Assembly: GCA_903829815.1 (NCBI GenBank)
Contig: CAIKRR010000030.1
Coordinates: 25,730 to 89,729 of the forward strand
Length of the DNA stretch: 64,000 nucleotides
DNA from: an uncultured Pseudomonadota bacterium
Lineage (GTDB): Bacteria > Pseudomonadota > Gammaproteobacteria > Burkholderiales > SG8-39
Reading direction: 5' to 3'
Made by a program: the position numbers and the translations under genes. A model generated the notes under the pieces. It did no database searches and was not told where the DNA came from. It was given only the letters and a program-made list of their open reading frames with translations. Positions 29,170 through 39,337 of the stretch are shown here, one piece after another (position 1 is the stretch's first letter; every line of letters begins with the position of its first letter).

Positions 29170-30000
29170 ATGGATTTCAGCATGCTGGAAGCAGTGAAGG
29201 TCGAAATCGACGAGGGCATTGCCTGGGTCACGATGAACCGGCCAGACAAGCGCAACGCGATGAGCCCGCAGATGCACAACGAGATGATCGAGGTGCTCAG
29301 GTACCTCGCCACCGCGCCCGAAGCCAAGCTGCTTGTCCTCACCGGGGCCGGCAACAGTTGGAGCGCAGGGCAGGACATCAAGCAGTTCTTTCGCGACCTC
29401 GATGACAAGCCTGCCGAGAAGTACAACATGCTGCTCGCCAGTCACGAGTGGCGCTGGAACCAGCTCTCGCGTTTCCCCAAGCCCACCATCGCCATGGTGA
29501 ATGGCTACTGCTTCGGGGCAGCCTTCACGCCGCTGGTCGCCTGCGACTTCGCCATCGCTGCCGATGACGCACCCTTTGGCCTGTCGGAAATCAACTGGGG
29601 CATCCTCCCCGCCGGGCTCGTCTCGAAGGTGATGCTCGACTCGGTGAGCTATCGCAACGCCAAGTTCTACGCGCTGACCGGGCGCCCTTTCGATGGTCGC
29701 AAGGCGGCCGAAATGGGGCTCATCGACTTCTCGGTGCCGGCCGAATCGCTGCGTGAAGAAACGAAGAAACTCGCCCAGGAACTGCTTGCCAAGAACCCGC
29801 AGACCTATCGATCGATCAAGGAAGCGCTCAACCACCTGCGCGGCATGAGTGCCGATCAGGCCAACGACTACCTGAAGGCCAAGGAAGCCGAAATGCGTTT
29901 CATGGACCGCGAGCAAGGCCGCGCCCAGGGCATGAAGCAGTTCCTCGATGACAAGACCTACCGGCCGGGTCTGGGACACTACAAGCGCGACGCCGAGTAA
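29170..30000 (+). CDS. p-Hydroxycinnamoyl/feruloyl-CoA hydratase-lyase-like crotonase
   Basis: NRPDKRNAMSP, KPTIAMVNG, FGLSEINWG, C-terminal QGMKQFLDDK..PGL..YKR typical of HCHL/Ech; GGAG RBS. Confidence 0.9.
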   Translation: MDFSMLEAVKVEIDEGIAWVTMNRPDKRNAMSPQMHNEMIEVLRYLATAPEAKLLVLTGAGNSWSAGQDIKQFFRDLDDKPAEKYNMLLASHEWRWNQLSRFPKPTIAMVNGYCFGAAFTPLVACDFAIAADDAPFGLSEINWGILPAGLVSKVMLDSVSYRNAKFYALTGRPFDGRKAAEMGLIDFSVPAESLREETKKLAQELLAKNPQTYRSIKEALNHLRGMSADQANDYLKAKEAEMRFMDREQGRAQGMKQFLDDKTYRPGLGHYKRDAE

Positions 30001-30040
30001 CCCTCAGGGCCGTCCCGGCACAGCGATCAGAGAGAGCACG

Positions 30041-31192
30041 ATGGATTTCGATTTCACCGACGAACAGAACATGCTGCGCGACGCCGTGCGCAAGATGATG
30101 GACCGCGTCGCCACCCCCGACTATGTCCGTCGGCTCGATCGTGAACAGGCCTACCCCACCGAGCTCTATCAGGCCTGGGTCGACATGGGGCTGATCGGGC
30201 TGCCCTTCCCCGAGACCTATGGCGGCTCGGGTGGCAGCGTCATCGACATGGTGATCCTGGCCGAGGAACTTTCGCGCAAGAGTGCCGACTTCTACATGGC
30301 CTATGCGGGCAGTGTCTTCTGCGGACTCAACGTGCTGCGCAAGGGCTCGGAGGAGCAAAAGCAGCTCTGGCTGCCCAAACTGCTGTCGGGCGATATCCGC
30401 ATGTCGATCTCGATGTCAGAGCCCGATGCCGGGTCCGATGTCGGTGCGATGCGCACCACCGCCCGTCGTGACGGCGACGACTGGATCATCAACGGCCAGA
30501 AAGTCTGGGCGACCGGTGCCGGCGCGAAAGACAACGTCATCAACGTCTACGTGAAGACCGACACCGCGGCGAATTACCGTCAGGGGATGTCGCTCTTTCT
30601 CGTCGACAACACCGCCCCCGGCCTGGAGATCCGCAAGCTCGACATGCTGGGTCGGCGCTGCGTGGGCACCTACGAACTCTTTTTCAACGACGTTCGCGTG
30701 CCCGCAAGCCAACTCGTCGGTGGCGAGAACAAGGGCTGGGAGTGCGTGCTCTCGGGCCTGCAGATCGAGCGACTGTGCTCGGCGGCTGGCAACTGCGGCG
30801 CAGCGCAGGCGGCTGTCGATCTGGCACTCGACTACGCGCGAGAGCGCAAGCAGTTCGGGCGTCCGATCGGCACCTTCCAGGCCATTGCCCACATGCTCGC
30901 CGACATGCAGACCGAGGTCGATGCCGCGCGCGCCCTCACCTGGCGCGCCGCCTGGATGGTGTCTACCGGGCGCGATGCGCTGCGCGAGATCTCGATGGCC
31001 AAGCTCTACTCGTCGGAAACCTATGTGAAGATAGCCAACCAGGGCATGCAGATCCTGGGTGGCTACGGCTACAACATGGAATTCGACATGCAGCGCCACT
31101 ATCGCGATGCACGCTCGGCCACCGTGGCGGCCGGCAGTTCACAGATGCAGCGCAATGTGATCGCCGGCCTCATGGGCCTGAAAGTGCAATAG
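30041..31192 (+). CDS. Acyl-CoA dehydrogenase (IVD/LCAD-type catalytic Glu)
   Basis: MSEPDAGSD, INGQKVW, LQIERL, RKQFGRPIG, QILGGYGY. Confidence 0.93.
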   Translation: MDFDFTDEQNMLRDAVRKMMDRVATPDYVRRLDREQAYPTELYQAWVDMGLIGLPFPETYGGSGGSVIDMVILAEELSRKSADFYMAYAGSVFCGLNVLRKGSEEQKQLWLPKLLSGDIRMSISMSEPDAGSDVGAMRTTARRDGDDWIINGQKVWATGAGAKDNVINVYVKTDTAANYRQGMSLFLVDNTAPGLEIRKLDMLGRRCVGTYELFFNDVRVPASQLVGGENKGWECVLSGLQIERLCSAAGNCGAAQAAVDLALDYARERKQFGRPIGTFQAIAHMLADMQTEVDAARALTWRAAWMVSTGRDALREISMAKLYSSETYVKIANQGMQILGGYGYNMEFDMQRHYRDARSATVAAGSSQMQRNVIAGLMGLKVQ

Positions 31193-31313
31193 CAGCTCCT
31201 GCAACAGCCGGCTCAGCGCTTGCCGCTGAAACCATCACCGAACGCTACGACGGCCATCACGTTCCGGGCCCTGACGGCAATGCAATGGTCCGACCGCAGC
31301 CGGTGTCTGCGGA

Positions 31314-32354
31314 TCAGAGCTGGTCGGCCGAGATCTTCGCCTCGCGGATGATCTTGCCGTAGCGGGTCACCTCGAGATCGATCAGACGAGCGAATTCCTC
31401 GGGGCCCGATCCGATGACCTCGAAACCCTCGGGCGGGAAGCGCACCTTGATATCGGGCTCGAGAAAGCCCTTGCGCGCTGCCGCGGCAATCTGCGCGGCG
31501 AGCGGCGCCGGCAGGCCGCGCGGGCCCCACAAGCCGTACCACGAAGACATGGTGAACCCGGGCATCACGGTCTCAGCCAGCGTGGGCACCGAGGGCACGC
31601 CAACATTGCGCTTGAGGCTGGTGACCGCAATCGCACGCAGGCGGCCATCGCGCACATGCGAGATGAGCGACAGTATCGGTGTCGACATGCCGGCCACCTG
31701 CCCGCCCAGCGTGTCGCTGATGGCAGGCCCCATGCCCTTGTACGGAACAATGGTGAGTGGCGCGTTGAGTACCGAGCGGAATGACTCGGCCACCAGATGA
31801 TCAGGTGAACCGATGGCCGCAATCGCCCAGTTGAGCGGCACATCGCGCCGCGCCATCAGGTCTCGGATGTCGTTGATACCCGAGGCCGGATGCACGGTGA
31901 CGATGAGCGGCACCTCGGCAATCTGGGTAATGGGCGCGAAGTCGGCCACGGCATCGTAGGGCACCTGCTTCATGATGAGCGCGTTGATGAGGTGCACTGA
32001 GGCACTGATCATCAGCATGTAGCCATCAGGAGGCGCCTTCGCCACGAGCGAGGCGCCGATCACCCCGCTGCCACCCGGCTTGTTCTCGACGATGAAGGGT
32101 TGACCAAAGGCATCCGAGAGCTTCTGCGCCAGTGTGCGCGCAACCGCATCGGTACCGCCGCCCGGCGGCGCCGGGAGGATGAGGCGCACCGGGCGCACCG
32201 GCCAGGCCTGTGCCTGGGCGTCAGAGGCTGCCGACAAGAGGCACGCAAGGCCTGTCACGGCACTCATCACGACCCCAACCAGCAACCGCGGAAGCGTGCC
32301 GTGCGCGCAGCTCTGGCTATCAGCCGGCCGCTCCACCCTGCAAGCGCCGGTCAC
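31314..32354 (-). CDS. Bug/TctC substrate-binding protein
   Basis: ILPAPPGGGTD, ENKPGGSG, PDGYML, VPYKGMGPA; GTGA overlap with the VOC stop. Confidence 0.92.
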   Translation of the reverse strand: MTGACRVERPADSQSCAHGTLPRLLVGVVMSAVTGLACLLSAASDAQAQAWPVRPVRLILPAPPGGGTDAVARTLAQKLSDAFGQPFIVENKPGGSGVIGASLVAKAPPDGYMLMISASVHLINALIMKQVPYDAVADFAPITQIAEVPLIVTVHPASGINDIRDLMARRDVPLNWAIAAIGSPDHLVAESFRSVLNAPLTIVPYKGMGPAISDTLGGQVAGMSTPILSLISHVRDGRLRAIAVTSLKRNVGVPSVPTLAETVMPGFTMSSWYGLWGPRGLPAPLAAQIAAAARKGFLEPDIKVRFPPEGFEVIGSGPEEFARLIDLEVTRYGKIIREAKISADQL

Positions 32355-32917
32355 TGCACGCCCGGGTCGATGTCAGTGGGGTTTTCCTCGCCAGCAACGC
32401 TCGCCTTGCCCACTGCGGCGGCATCCGGACGCTGATGACGAAAGCCGTGGGCAAAGTGCCCTTTGCCCTCGAGATCGCCCTTGTCGAAGATCCACCGATA
32501 ACCGTCTACCGGATTGGAAAGAATCTCCCAGCAATTGTCGTCCAGATCCCAGAAGAGAAAGCTGTAAGTGCCGTGTCGTGCCGAGGGACGGCTGATGTCC
32601 TTCAGCGACCAGTGCTCAGCCTGCTCGAGGCACTTCTGGTAGGCCGCGTCGACCTCGGCATCGGTCTGGACATCGACCCCATTGTGGTAGTGCCGCGGCA
32701 TCACTTCCTTGTCGCGGGTCTGCACGACGGCATAGACATGGGCACCACCAAGGCGAATCATCAGCGAGATCGGGCTGGTGCGGACCGCCTGCAAGCCCAG
32801 AAATTCTTCATAGAAGCGGCGACTGCGCTCGATGTCATGGGAGCCCAGCGTGCCGTGCGAGATGAATCGGGTACGAATGGCAGGGGTGCTCGCCTGCTGC
32901 TGGGCATCATCGGCCAT
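32351..32917 (-). CDS. VOC (glyoxalase/extradiol dioxygenase fold) family protein
   Basis: ISHGTL, SRRFYEEFLGL, HYHNGVD, FWDLDDNCWEI; GAGGAG RBS. Confidence 0.88.
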   Translation of the reverse strand: MADDAQQQASTPAIRTRFISHGTLGSHDIERSRRFYEEFLGLQAVRTSPISLMIRLGGAHVYAVVQTRDKEVMPRHYHNGVDVQTDAEVDAAYQKCLEQAEHWSLKDISRPSARHGTYSFLFWDLDDNCWEILSNPVDGYRWIFDKGDLEGKGHFAHGFRHQRPDAAAVGKASVAGEENPTDIDPGVQ

Positions 32918-33089
32918 GTCATGTCTCCTCAATCGGGTCGATCTGGATTGTACAATGCGCTGCGGCATTACCCGGTCAGCGCAGCCAAGGCTGACAGGGT
33001 TGATGCCACCTGCGCCTCACGCAGGCGGAGAGCGTAACCCGTAGCGAACCCTCGTCGCGCATGAGCCAGACCTGGTCAAGGAGTGCCCC

Positions 33090-34049
33090 ATGAGTGCAAG
33101 GGCAGGACGCATCGACGTTCATTTCCACATCGTGCCCCCCTTCTATGCAGAGGCGGTGCAGGCGGCCGGTGCGGCACCGGCGCGCGGGGCCTTTCCCGAT
33201 TGGTCGGCCGATGCGTCGATTGCCCTCATGGACCGCTTCGGCATCGCCCTCGCCCTCACCTCGGTGACCTTCCCCGGCGTGCACTTCATGGACCCAGCCA
33301 CCGCCCGCACGATGGCCAGACGCTGCAACGACTTCTCCACCGGACTGCATCGCGCAGCGCCCGACCGGTTCGGCGCATTTGCGCTCATCCCGATGCATGA
33401 CAGCGCGAGCGCCATCGCCGAGATCGGCTATGCGCTCGATACCCTGGGTCACGACGGCGTGTGCCTCTTCACCAGCTACGACACGCGCTTTCTCGGTCAC
33501 CCCGACTTCGACCCGGTAATGGCCGAACTCGACCGGCGCTCGGCGGTGGTCTTCATCCATCCGACCTTCAGCCCCGGAAGCCAGTCGGTCGGGCTCTTTC
33601 CGGGCTTCGTGATGGAATATCCGTTCGACACCACCCGAGCTGCGGCCAACCTGATCCTGAGCCGCACGCTCGAACGCTACCCGTCGATACGGTTCATCCT
33701 CTCGCACGCGGGTGGCACCCTCCCCTTCCTCGCCTGGCGATTGTCGATTTCACCCCTCATCGCACCGAAAGCACTCACGATGACACCCGAGGCGGTGATG
33801 GCCGGGGTCAAGCACTTCTGGTACGACACGGCGCTCTCGCCCGGTCGCGCCGCGCTGGTTGCGCTCGAGGAGTGTGCCGCGCCCGAGCGCATTCTTTTTG
33901 GCAGCGACTGGCCCTATGCCAATGCCGATGTGGTCGACCGTGCCATGGGCCTGTATGAAGCGCCCGGCCTGCTGCCCGAGAACACCCGAGCGGCCATCGA
34001 TCGTGGCAATGCACTGAAACTCTTTCCACATCTGGGAGACGCGCGATGA
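33090..34049 (+). CDS. Amidohydrolase-2 family (aromatic acid decarboxylase/ACMSD-like)
   Basis: IDVHFH, FIHP, EYPFDTTRA, LSHAGG, WYDTA, FGSDWPY. Confidence 0.9.
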   Translation: MSARAGRIDVHFHIVPPFYAEAVQAAGAAPARGAFPDWSADASIALMDRFGIALALTSVTFPGVHFMDPATARTMARRCNDFSTGLHRAAPDRFGAFALIPMHDSASAIAEIGYALDTLGHDGVCLFTSYDTRFLGHPDFDPVMAELDRRSAVVFIHPTFSPGSQSVGLFPGFVMEYPFDTTRAAANLILSRTLERYPSIRFILSHAGGTLPFLAWRLSISPLIAPKALTMTPEAVMAGVKHFWYDTALSPGRAALVALEECAAPERILFGSDWPYANADVVDRAMGLYEAPGLLPENTRAAIDRGNALKLFPHLGDAR

Positions 34050-35011
34050 TCGGTCGACTCGTCACGACACTGGCCGCGACGGCCAGTCTGCTGGCAGCAG
34101 GTGCGGTGGCCGCCGCGGACTGGCCGACGGGTCCGGTGCGGATCATCATCCCCTACCCCCCCGGTGGCGCCACCGACATCACCGGGCGCATGCTCGCCGA
34201 AGAGTTTGCGAAGACCTTCGGACAACCCTTCCTCGTCGACAACCGTGCCGGCGCCGACACCCAGATCGGCACCGAGGCAGTCGTGCGCGCACGACCTGAC
34301 GGCCAGACACTGCTCTACACCGCAGCCCCTCTGGTCATTGGCCCGGCGCTCTACCCGAAGATGAGCTACGACCCGCTGCGTGATCTCGAACCGGTGGCGC
34401 GGGTGGTCGAGAACGGCATGCTGCTGGTTGCACACCCAAGCGGTGCCGCCAGCATCCAGGCGCTGCTCGCGGCCGCGCGCGCCAGGCCCGGTGCACTCAC
34501 CTTTGCCTCGTCGGGCTATACCGGCGTGAGCTTCATGGCGAGCGAACTGCTCGCATCGGTAGCAGGGATACAGATCACGGCCGTACCCTACAAGGGCACC
34601 GGTCAGATCATTCCAGACCTCCTCGGCGGTCAGGTGGGCTACTTCTTCGACAACCCAAGCACCAGCATCGGCAACGTGAAGTCAGGTCGGCTGCGCGCCC
34701 TGGGCTATACCGGTGCAAGACGGCTGCCGGCATTGCCCGATGTGCCCACCTTCGTCGAATCGGGCGTACCTGCCTACGAAACCGTGAACTGGTGCGGCTT
34801 GCTTGCCCCCGTGGGTACACCGGCCGCGGTGCTCGACCGACTCAATGCCGAGGCAACACGCCTGTTGCGTCGAGCCGACTTTGCCGAGCGGATCGAGCGC
34901 GATGGGCTGGTACCAGTCGCCTCGAGCAGAGCCGAGTTCGGCGCGTTCATGCGGGCGGAAGCCGGCAAGTGGGCAAAGCTCGTCCAGGAACGCAATATCC
35001 GTATCGACTGA
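34046..35011 (+). CDS. Bug/TctC substrate-binding protein
   Basis: IIPYPPGGATD, NRAGA, VPYKGTG; ATGA overlap. Confidence 0.93.
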   Translation: MIGRLVTTLAATASLLAAGAVAAADWPTGPVRIIIPYPPGGATDITGRMLAEEFAKTFGQPFLVDNRAGADTQIGTEAVVRARPDGQTLLYTAAPLVIGPALYPKMSYDPLRDLEPVARVVENGMLLVAHPSGAASIQALLAAARARPGALTFASSGYTGVSFMASELLASVAGIQITAVPYKGTGQIIPDLLGGQVGYFFDNPSTSIGNVKSGRLRALGYTGARRLPALPDVPTFVESGVPAYETVNWCGLLAPVGTPAAVLDRLNAEATRLLRRADFAERIERDGLVPVASSRAEFGAFMRAEAGKWAKLVQERNIRID

Positions 35012-35035
35012 GGCCCCACCTCAACCGAGGACACC

Positions 35036-36112
35036 ATGGCAACTGTACGGGCGAACCGATGGACGCGGCGCGTTATCGCTGCACTGTTCACGACGGCACT
35101 GAGTGCGCCTGCCATCGTGGCGGCACAACCGACAGCAGGGACGCTGCCCGGCAGTCAATCCACCGGCGGCGCAGCGGCTGGAAATACATCGGCCGAGCCT
35201 GCAACGGCCGCTGCCGCGTGGCCCTCGCGCCCAGTGCGCCTCATCGTGCCCTTCCCTGCCGGGGGGAGCACGATGGAGCAGGTGGTGCGACTGCTCACCC
35301 AGGACATGCCACGCTCACTGGGCCATCCGGTGCTCATCGACAACCGACCCGGGGCCGGCACGGTGATCGGGGTCGACCAGGCTGCGCGCTCCACCGATGG
35401 CCACACCTTTGTCGGTGTGGCCAACAGCTTCACGGTGAATGCCTCACTCGTGAAGACCCTGCCCTACGACACCTTGCGTGACCTGCGCCCGATCGTGCTG
35501 CTCGCACGCACCCCCAACGTGCTCGCTGCACACCCGAGCGTGCCCGCATCTACCCTCACCGAACTCGTCGCCTGGGCGCGCGCGCATCCAGGCAAGCTCT
35601 CGTACGCATCGTTCGGCAACGGCACCACTGCGCACTTTGCAGGCGAGATGCTCAAGGCGGCCGCCGGCATCGACATCGTGCACATTCCGTACAAGGGTCA
35701 GGGGCCCGGCCTCACCGACCTGCTGGCGGGCAATGTCGACATCATGTTCGGCAACCTGAGCGACATGCTGCCCCACATCCGTGCCGGCAAGCTGAAGGGC
35801 TACGGCACCACCTTCCTGCAACGTGTGGCACAAACGCCCGAGCTGCCAACCATCGCCGAGCAGGGCTATCCGCGCTTCGAGACCGACTCGTGGTACGGGC
35901 TGATGGCGCCAGCCGCCACGCCTCGCGAGGTCGTGACGCGCCTGAATCTTCTTTTCAATCAGGCACTGGCCGAACCGGCCACGCGTCGGTCGCTGACCAG
36001 CCAGGGGTTCGAGGTGTTGGGCGGCACCCCTGAGCAGTTCGGTGCCCACTTGCAACGCGAGATCGCCAAATACGCGCAGATCGTGCGCCAGTCGGGCATG
36101 ACGATCGACTAG
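35036..36112 (+). CDS. Bug/TctC substrate-binding protein with a long Ala/Thr/Gly linker
   Basis: IVPFPAGGSTME, NRPGAG, HIPYKGQGPG. Confidence 0.92.
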   Translation: MATVRANRWTRRVIAALFTTALSAPAIVAAQPTAGTLPGSQSTGGAAAGNTSAEPATAAAAWPSRPVRLIVPFPAGGSTMEQVVRLLTQDMPRSLGHPVLIDNRPGAGTVIGVDQAARSTDGHTFVGVANSFTVNASLVKTLPYDTLRDLRPIVLLARTPNVLAAHPSVPASTLTELVAWARAHPGKLSYASFGNGTTAHFAGEMLKAAAGIDIVHIPYKGQGPGLTDLLAGNVDIMFGNLSDMLPHIRAGKLKGYGTTFLQRVAQTPELPTIAEQGYPRFETDSWYGLMAPAATPREVVTRLNLLFNQALAEPATRRSLTSQGFEVLGGTPEQFGAHLQREIAKYAQIVRQSGMTID

Positions 36113-36136
36113 CGCGATACCGACCCGATCGACCGA

Positions 36137-36922
36137 CTACAGATCGGCCCAGCCGCCATCGACCGGCAGGTCGACGCCCGTGATCTGGCGCGATGCATCG
36201 CTCGCGAGGAACAGCACGGCATTGGCCACATCCTCGCCGGTGCTGATGCGCCGCAGTGCGTATTCATTTTCGAAACTGCGGCGCGCGTCCTCGATCGACA
36301 GGCCCAGCTTTCGCGCCTTCTCGGGCAGCACCTTGTTGTCGAAACGATCACCCTCCACCATGCCAGGGGCGACATAGTTGACGTTGATGTTCCAGGGTCC
36401 GACCTCGATGGCCGTGCTCTTGGTGATGCCGCGCAGGCCCCACTTGGATGCGCTGTACGCCATGCGACCCGAACGCCCACGCATGCCGAAGGTGCCGCCC
36501 ACGTTGACGATCTTGCCGTAGCGGCGCGTCATCATGCCCGGGATGACCGCACGCATCATGAGCCAGCAGCCCTTCATGTTGAGATCGAGAATTTCCTCGA
36601 ACTCGGCCACGGTGTTCTCGTGGCCGGGCCGCTCGATCGGGCCGGTACCACCCGCGCAGTTCACCAGGATATCGACGCGCCCGAAATGCGCCTCGGCCCG
36701 CGCCATCATCGCCTGCACCGACGCTTCGTCGGTGACGTCGCAGGCGATGGGCAGCGCACGACGCCCGAGTGCCTCGACCTGGGCAGCAATCGCACCCAGC
36801 GCAACCGCATCGCGCGCGACCAGCACGACATCGGCACCCGCCCGTGCCAGGGCGAGCGTGATGTCCTGCCCCATGCCCTTGGCCGGTCCGGTGACCAGTG
36901 CAATGCGGCCCTCGAGGTTCAT
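36137..36922 (-). CDS. Short-chain dehydrogenase/reductase (classical)
   Basis: TGPAKGMG, NCAG, YSASK, VDGG. Confidence 0.93.
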   Translation of the reverse strand: MNLEGRIALVTGPAKGMGQDITLALARAGADVVLVARDAVALGAIAAQVEALGRRALPIACDVTDEASVQAMMARAEAHFGRVDILVNCAGGTGPIERPGHENTVAEFEEILDLNMKGCWLMMRAVIPGMMTRRYGKIVNVGGTFGMRGRSGRMAYSASKWGLRGITKSTAIEVGPWNINVNYVAPGMVEGDRFDNKVLPEKARKLGLSIEDARRSFENEYALRRISTGEDVANAVLFLASDASRQITGVDLPVDGGWADL

Positions 36923-36928
36923 GATCGC

Positions 36929-37861
36929 TCAGCCCATCTTGTGTTCGAATTCACCGATGCCCTCGATCCACAACTTGACCGTCTCGCCCGCCTTGAGGAA
37001 GCGCTTGCGGCCGGCACCCACCCCAGCCGGCGTACCGGTGAGGATCAGATCGCCTGGGCGCAGCGTGACGCGCGAGGAGAGCATCTCGATCTGCTCGGCC
37101 GTATCGAAGATGAGGTTGCTCGTGTTCGAGTCCTGCATCAGTTCCTGGCCGACCCAGAGCTTCATCGCCAGATTGTGCGGCTTCTTGATCTCGCTCGCAG
37201 GGACGATCCACGGGCCGATCGGGCAGGCACCGTCAAAGCACTTCTGGCTGATCCAGTCGTAGGCAAAGGGCGAGGAGGTCGGCACCCCTTCACGACGCAT
37301 GCCATCGCGCGCCGACAGATCGTTGGCAATGGTCCAGCCGGCCACATAGCTCAAGGCCTTCGAGGCGGGCACATTGCTCGCCGTCTTGCCGATGACGGCG
37401 GCCAGTTCGATTTCCCAGTCCATCTTCTTCGACCAGGCCGGAATCTTGATGACCGCGTTGGGCCCCACCACGCTCGAGCGCGAGGTTTTCACGAAGTGCC
37501 AGGGCTTCTCCCCGAGGTCCTTCATCGTGGGACCAGGCTCCTTGCCCTGTGCGCGATCCATCTCGGCCACATGGTCACGGTAGTTCGCACCGGCGCAGAA
37601 GATGTCGCCGGGGAAGAGAATCGGGGCAAGCAGCTTTGCGCTCGACAGTTTCGTGCCCTTGGCGCGGCTCTTGCCGCTCTCGATGCGAGCGGCCGCTTCC
37701 TTGAAGGCCTTGTTGGCCTTGACCCAGTCCTGCAACGCGCCAAGCACGGTCGAATAGGCTGCGGTGGCCGTCACGCGCGCTGCATCGTAGATGTCCTCGC
37801 CAACGAGGATGCCGGCACGGGCCTCACGCCCGGATTGGAACGTCAACAGTCGATAGCTCAT
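36929..37861 (-). CDS. Fumarylacetoacetate hydrolase family protein
   Basis: CAGANYRDH, DWEIEL, ANDLSARD, GDLILTGTPAGVG; GGGAG RBS. Confidence 0.93.
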   Translation of the reverse strand: MSYRLLTFQSGREARAGILVGEDIYDAARVTATAAYSTVLGALQDWVKANKAFKEAAARIESGKSRAKGTKLSSAKLLAPILFPGDIFCAGANYRDHVAEMDRAQGKEPGPTMKDLGEKPWHFVKTSRSSVVGPNAVIKIPAWSKKMDWEIELAAVIGKTASNVPASKALSYVAGWTIANDLSARDGMRREGVPTSSPFAYDWISQKCFDGACPIGPWIVPASEIKKPHNLAMKLWVGQELMQDSNTSNLIFDTAEQIEMLSSRVTLRPGDLILTGTPAGVGAGRKRFLKAGETVKLWIEGIGEFEHKMG

Positions 37862-37930
37862 GGTCTCTCCCAGGTCAACGATGTGGGTCTGGCGTCGTAT
37901 CCAGCGTGCACGGTGCAGCGGCACAGCCTG

Positions 37931-37976
37931 ATCCCGTCGGGATTATAGGTGGCGGCGAAGGCAAAGCGGCTAGAAT
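37931..37976. promoter_or_regulatory. Back-to-back -10 elements (TATAAT on minus, TAGAAT on plus) with palindrome ATCCCG-T-CGGGAT
   Basis: Seen between the divergent FAH and benA-like genes; no convincing -35 boxes. Confidence 0.35.
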
Positions 37977-38011
37977 CGAGCGAGGTGCCGCATGCCCCAG
38001 GAGGAGTGACG

Positions 38012-39337
38012 ATGGCCTTGCAGGACAAACTGGCCGCGCTGGTCGATGAAGGCAAGGACGCCTTCCGGGTCGACCGCTCGGTGTACTTCGATCCCGAGAT
38101 CTTCGAGGCCGAGCTCGCCTCGATCTTCGAGGGTGGCTGGATCTATCTGTGCCACGAGAGCCAGATCGCCTCGGCCGGTGACTACTTCACCACCCGCATG
38201 GGGCGCCAGCCGGTGTTTGTCGTGCGACGCCGCAATGGCGAGATCGGTGCATTCATCAACGCCTGCGCGCACCGTGGCGCAACGCTTGCCCTGCATGAAC
38301 ACGGCAACGCCGGGGCCTTCACCTGCCGTTTTCACGGCTGGTCATTTGCCCACGACGGACGCTGCATCCGCATCAAGAACGAGGAGACCGGTGGCTATGC
38401 AAACCCGGCCTGCCGCGACGAATTTTCACTGACCCCGGTGCCGCGCGTCGAGTCCTATCGCGGCTTCGTGTTCGGCAGCCTGCGCGCCGATGTCGGCCCC
38501 TTGGGCGACATGCTGGGGCCGACCCGCCCCTGGATCGACCTCATGGTCGATCAGTCACCGCAGGGCCTCGAAATCCTGCCCGGCGCATCGACTTACGTCA
38601 TCCACGGCAACTGGAAGATGCAGGCCGAGAACGGCGTCGACGGGTATCACGTCTCGACCGTGCACAAGGTCTTTGCACAGACCCTCGCGCAGCGTGAAGC
38701 CAAGCTCGGACTCTCGGGCCTGCAGCGCACCGAGCACGGGCGCATCACCGGCAACGTGGCATCGGCGGGCTACGATTTCGGCCACGGCCACATGGCCATC
38801 TGGGCCACCCACAGCGATCCCACCAAACGCCCGGTTTACGCCGAGCGCGAGCGACTGGCGCAGACGATGTCCCCGGCGCAACTCGATTGGCTTCTCAACC
38901 GCGGACGCAACCTCTATCTGTTTCCGAACGTGCTCCTGATGGACAACCCGTCAACCCAGGTTCGTACCATCCAGCCGATCAGCCCCGACCGGGCTGAAGT
39001 CACGGTGCGCTGCATCGCCCCGATCGGCGAGAACCGCGAAGCGCGTGCTGCACGCCTGCGCAAGTTCGAAGACTTCTACCTCACCACCGGCATGGCCACC
39101 TCCGACGATCTGGCGGCACTCGAAGCCACACACGCCGGGGGCTACGGGCGCGCAGCGCGCTGGAACCACTTTGCACGCGGGGCCGTCGGCACCATGCACG
39201 GCGCGGAGAATGCCGACGCCATGGCCATCGGCTGCGAGCCTGACTCGAGCACCGCCAACTGGGATCACGAAACCTTCTATCACGGCTTTTACCGCTACTG
39301 GAAGAAACGCCTGCTCGACAGCCCGGAGGTGCGCTAG
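38012..39337 (+). CDS. Ring-hydroxylating dioxygenase alpha subunit (benzoate/toluate 1,2-dioxygenase-like)
   Basis: NACAHRG..CRFHGW, GNWKMQAENGVDGYHVSTVH, NLYLFPN, GMATSDD; GGAGGAG RBS. Confidence 0.92.
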   Translation: MALQDKLAALVDEGKDAFRVDRSVYFDPEIFEAELASIFEGGWIYLCHESQIASAGDYFTTRMGRQPVFVVRRRNGEIGAFINACAHRGATLALHEHGNAGAFTCRFHGWSFAHDGRCIRIKNEETGGYANPACRDEFSLTPVPRVESYRGFVFGSLRADVGPLGDMLGPTRPWIDLMVDQSPQGLEILPGASTYVIHGNWKMQAENGVDGYHVSTVHKVFAQTLAQREAKLGLSGLQRTEHGRITGNVASAGYDFGHGHMAIWATHSDPTKRPVYAERERLAQTMSPAQLDWLLNRGRNLYLFPNVLLMDNPSTQVRTIQPISPDRAEVTVRCIAPIGENREARAARLRKFEDFYLTTGMATSDDLAALEATHAGGYGRAARWNHFARGAVGTMHGAENADAMAIGCEPDSSTANWDHETFYHGFYRYWKKRLLDSPEVR

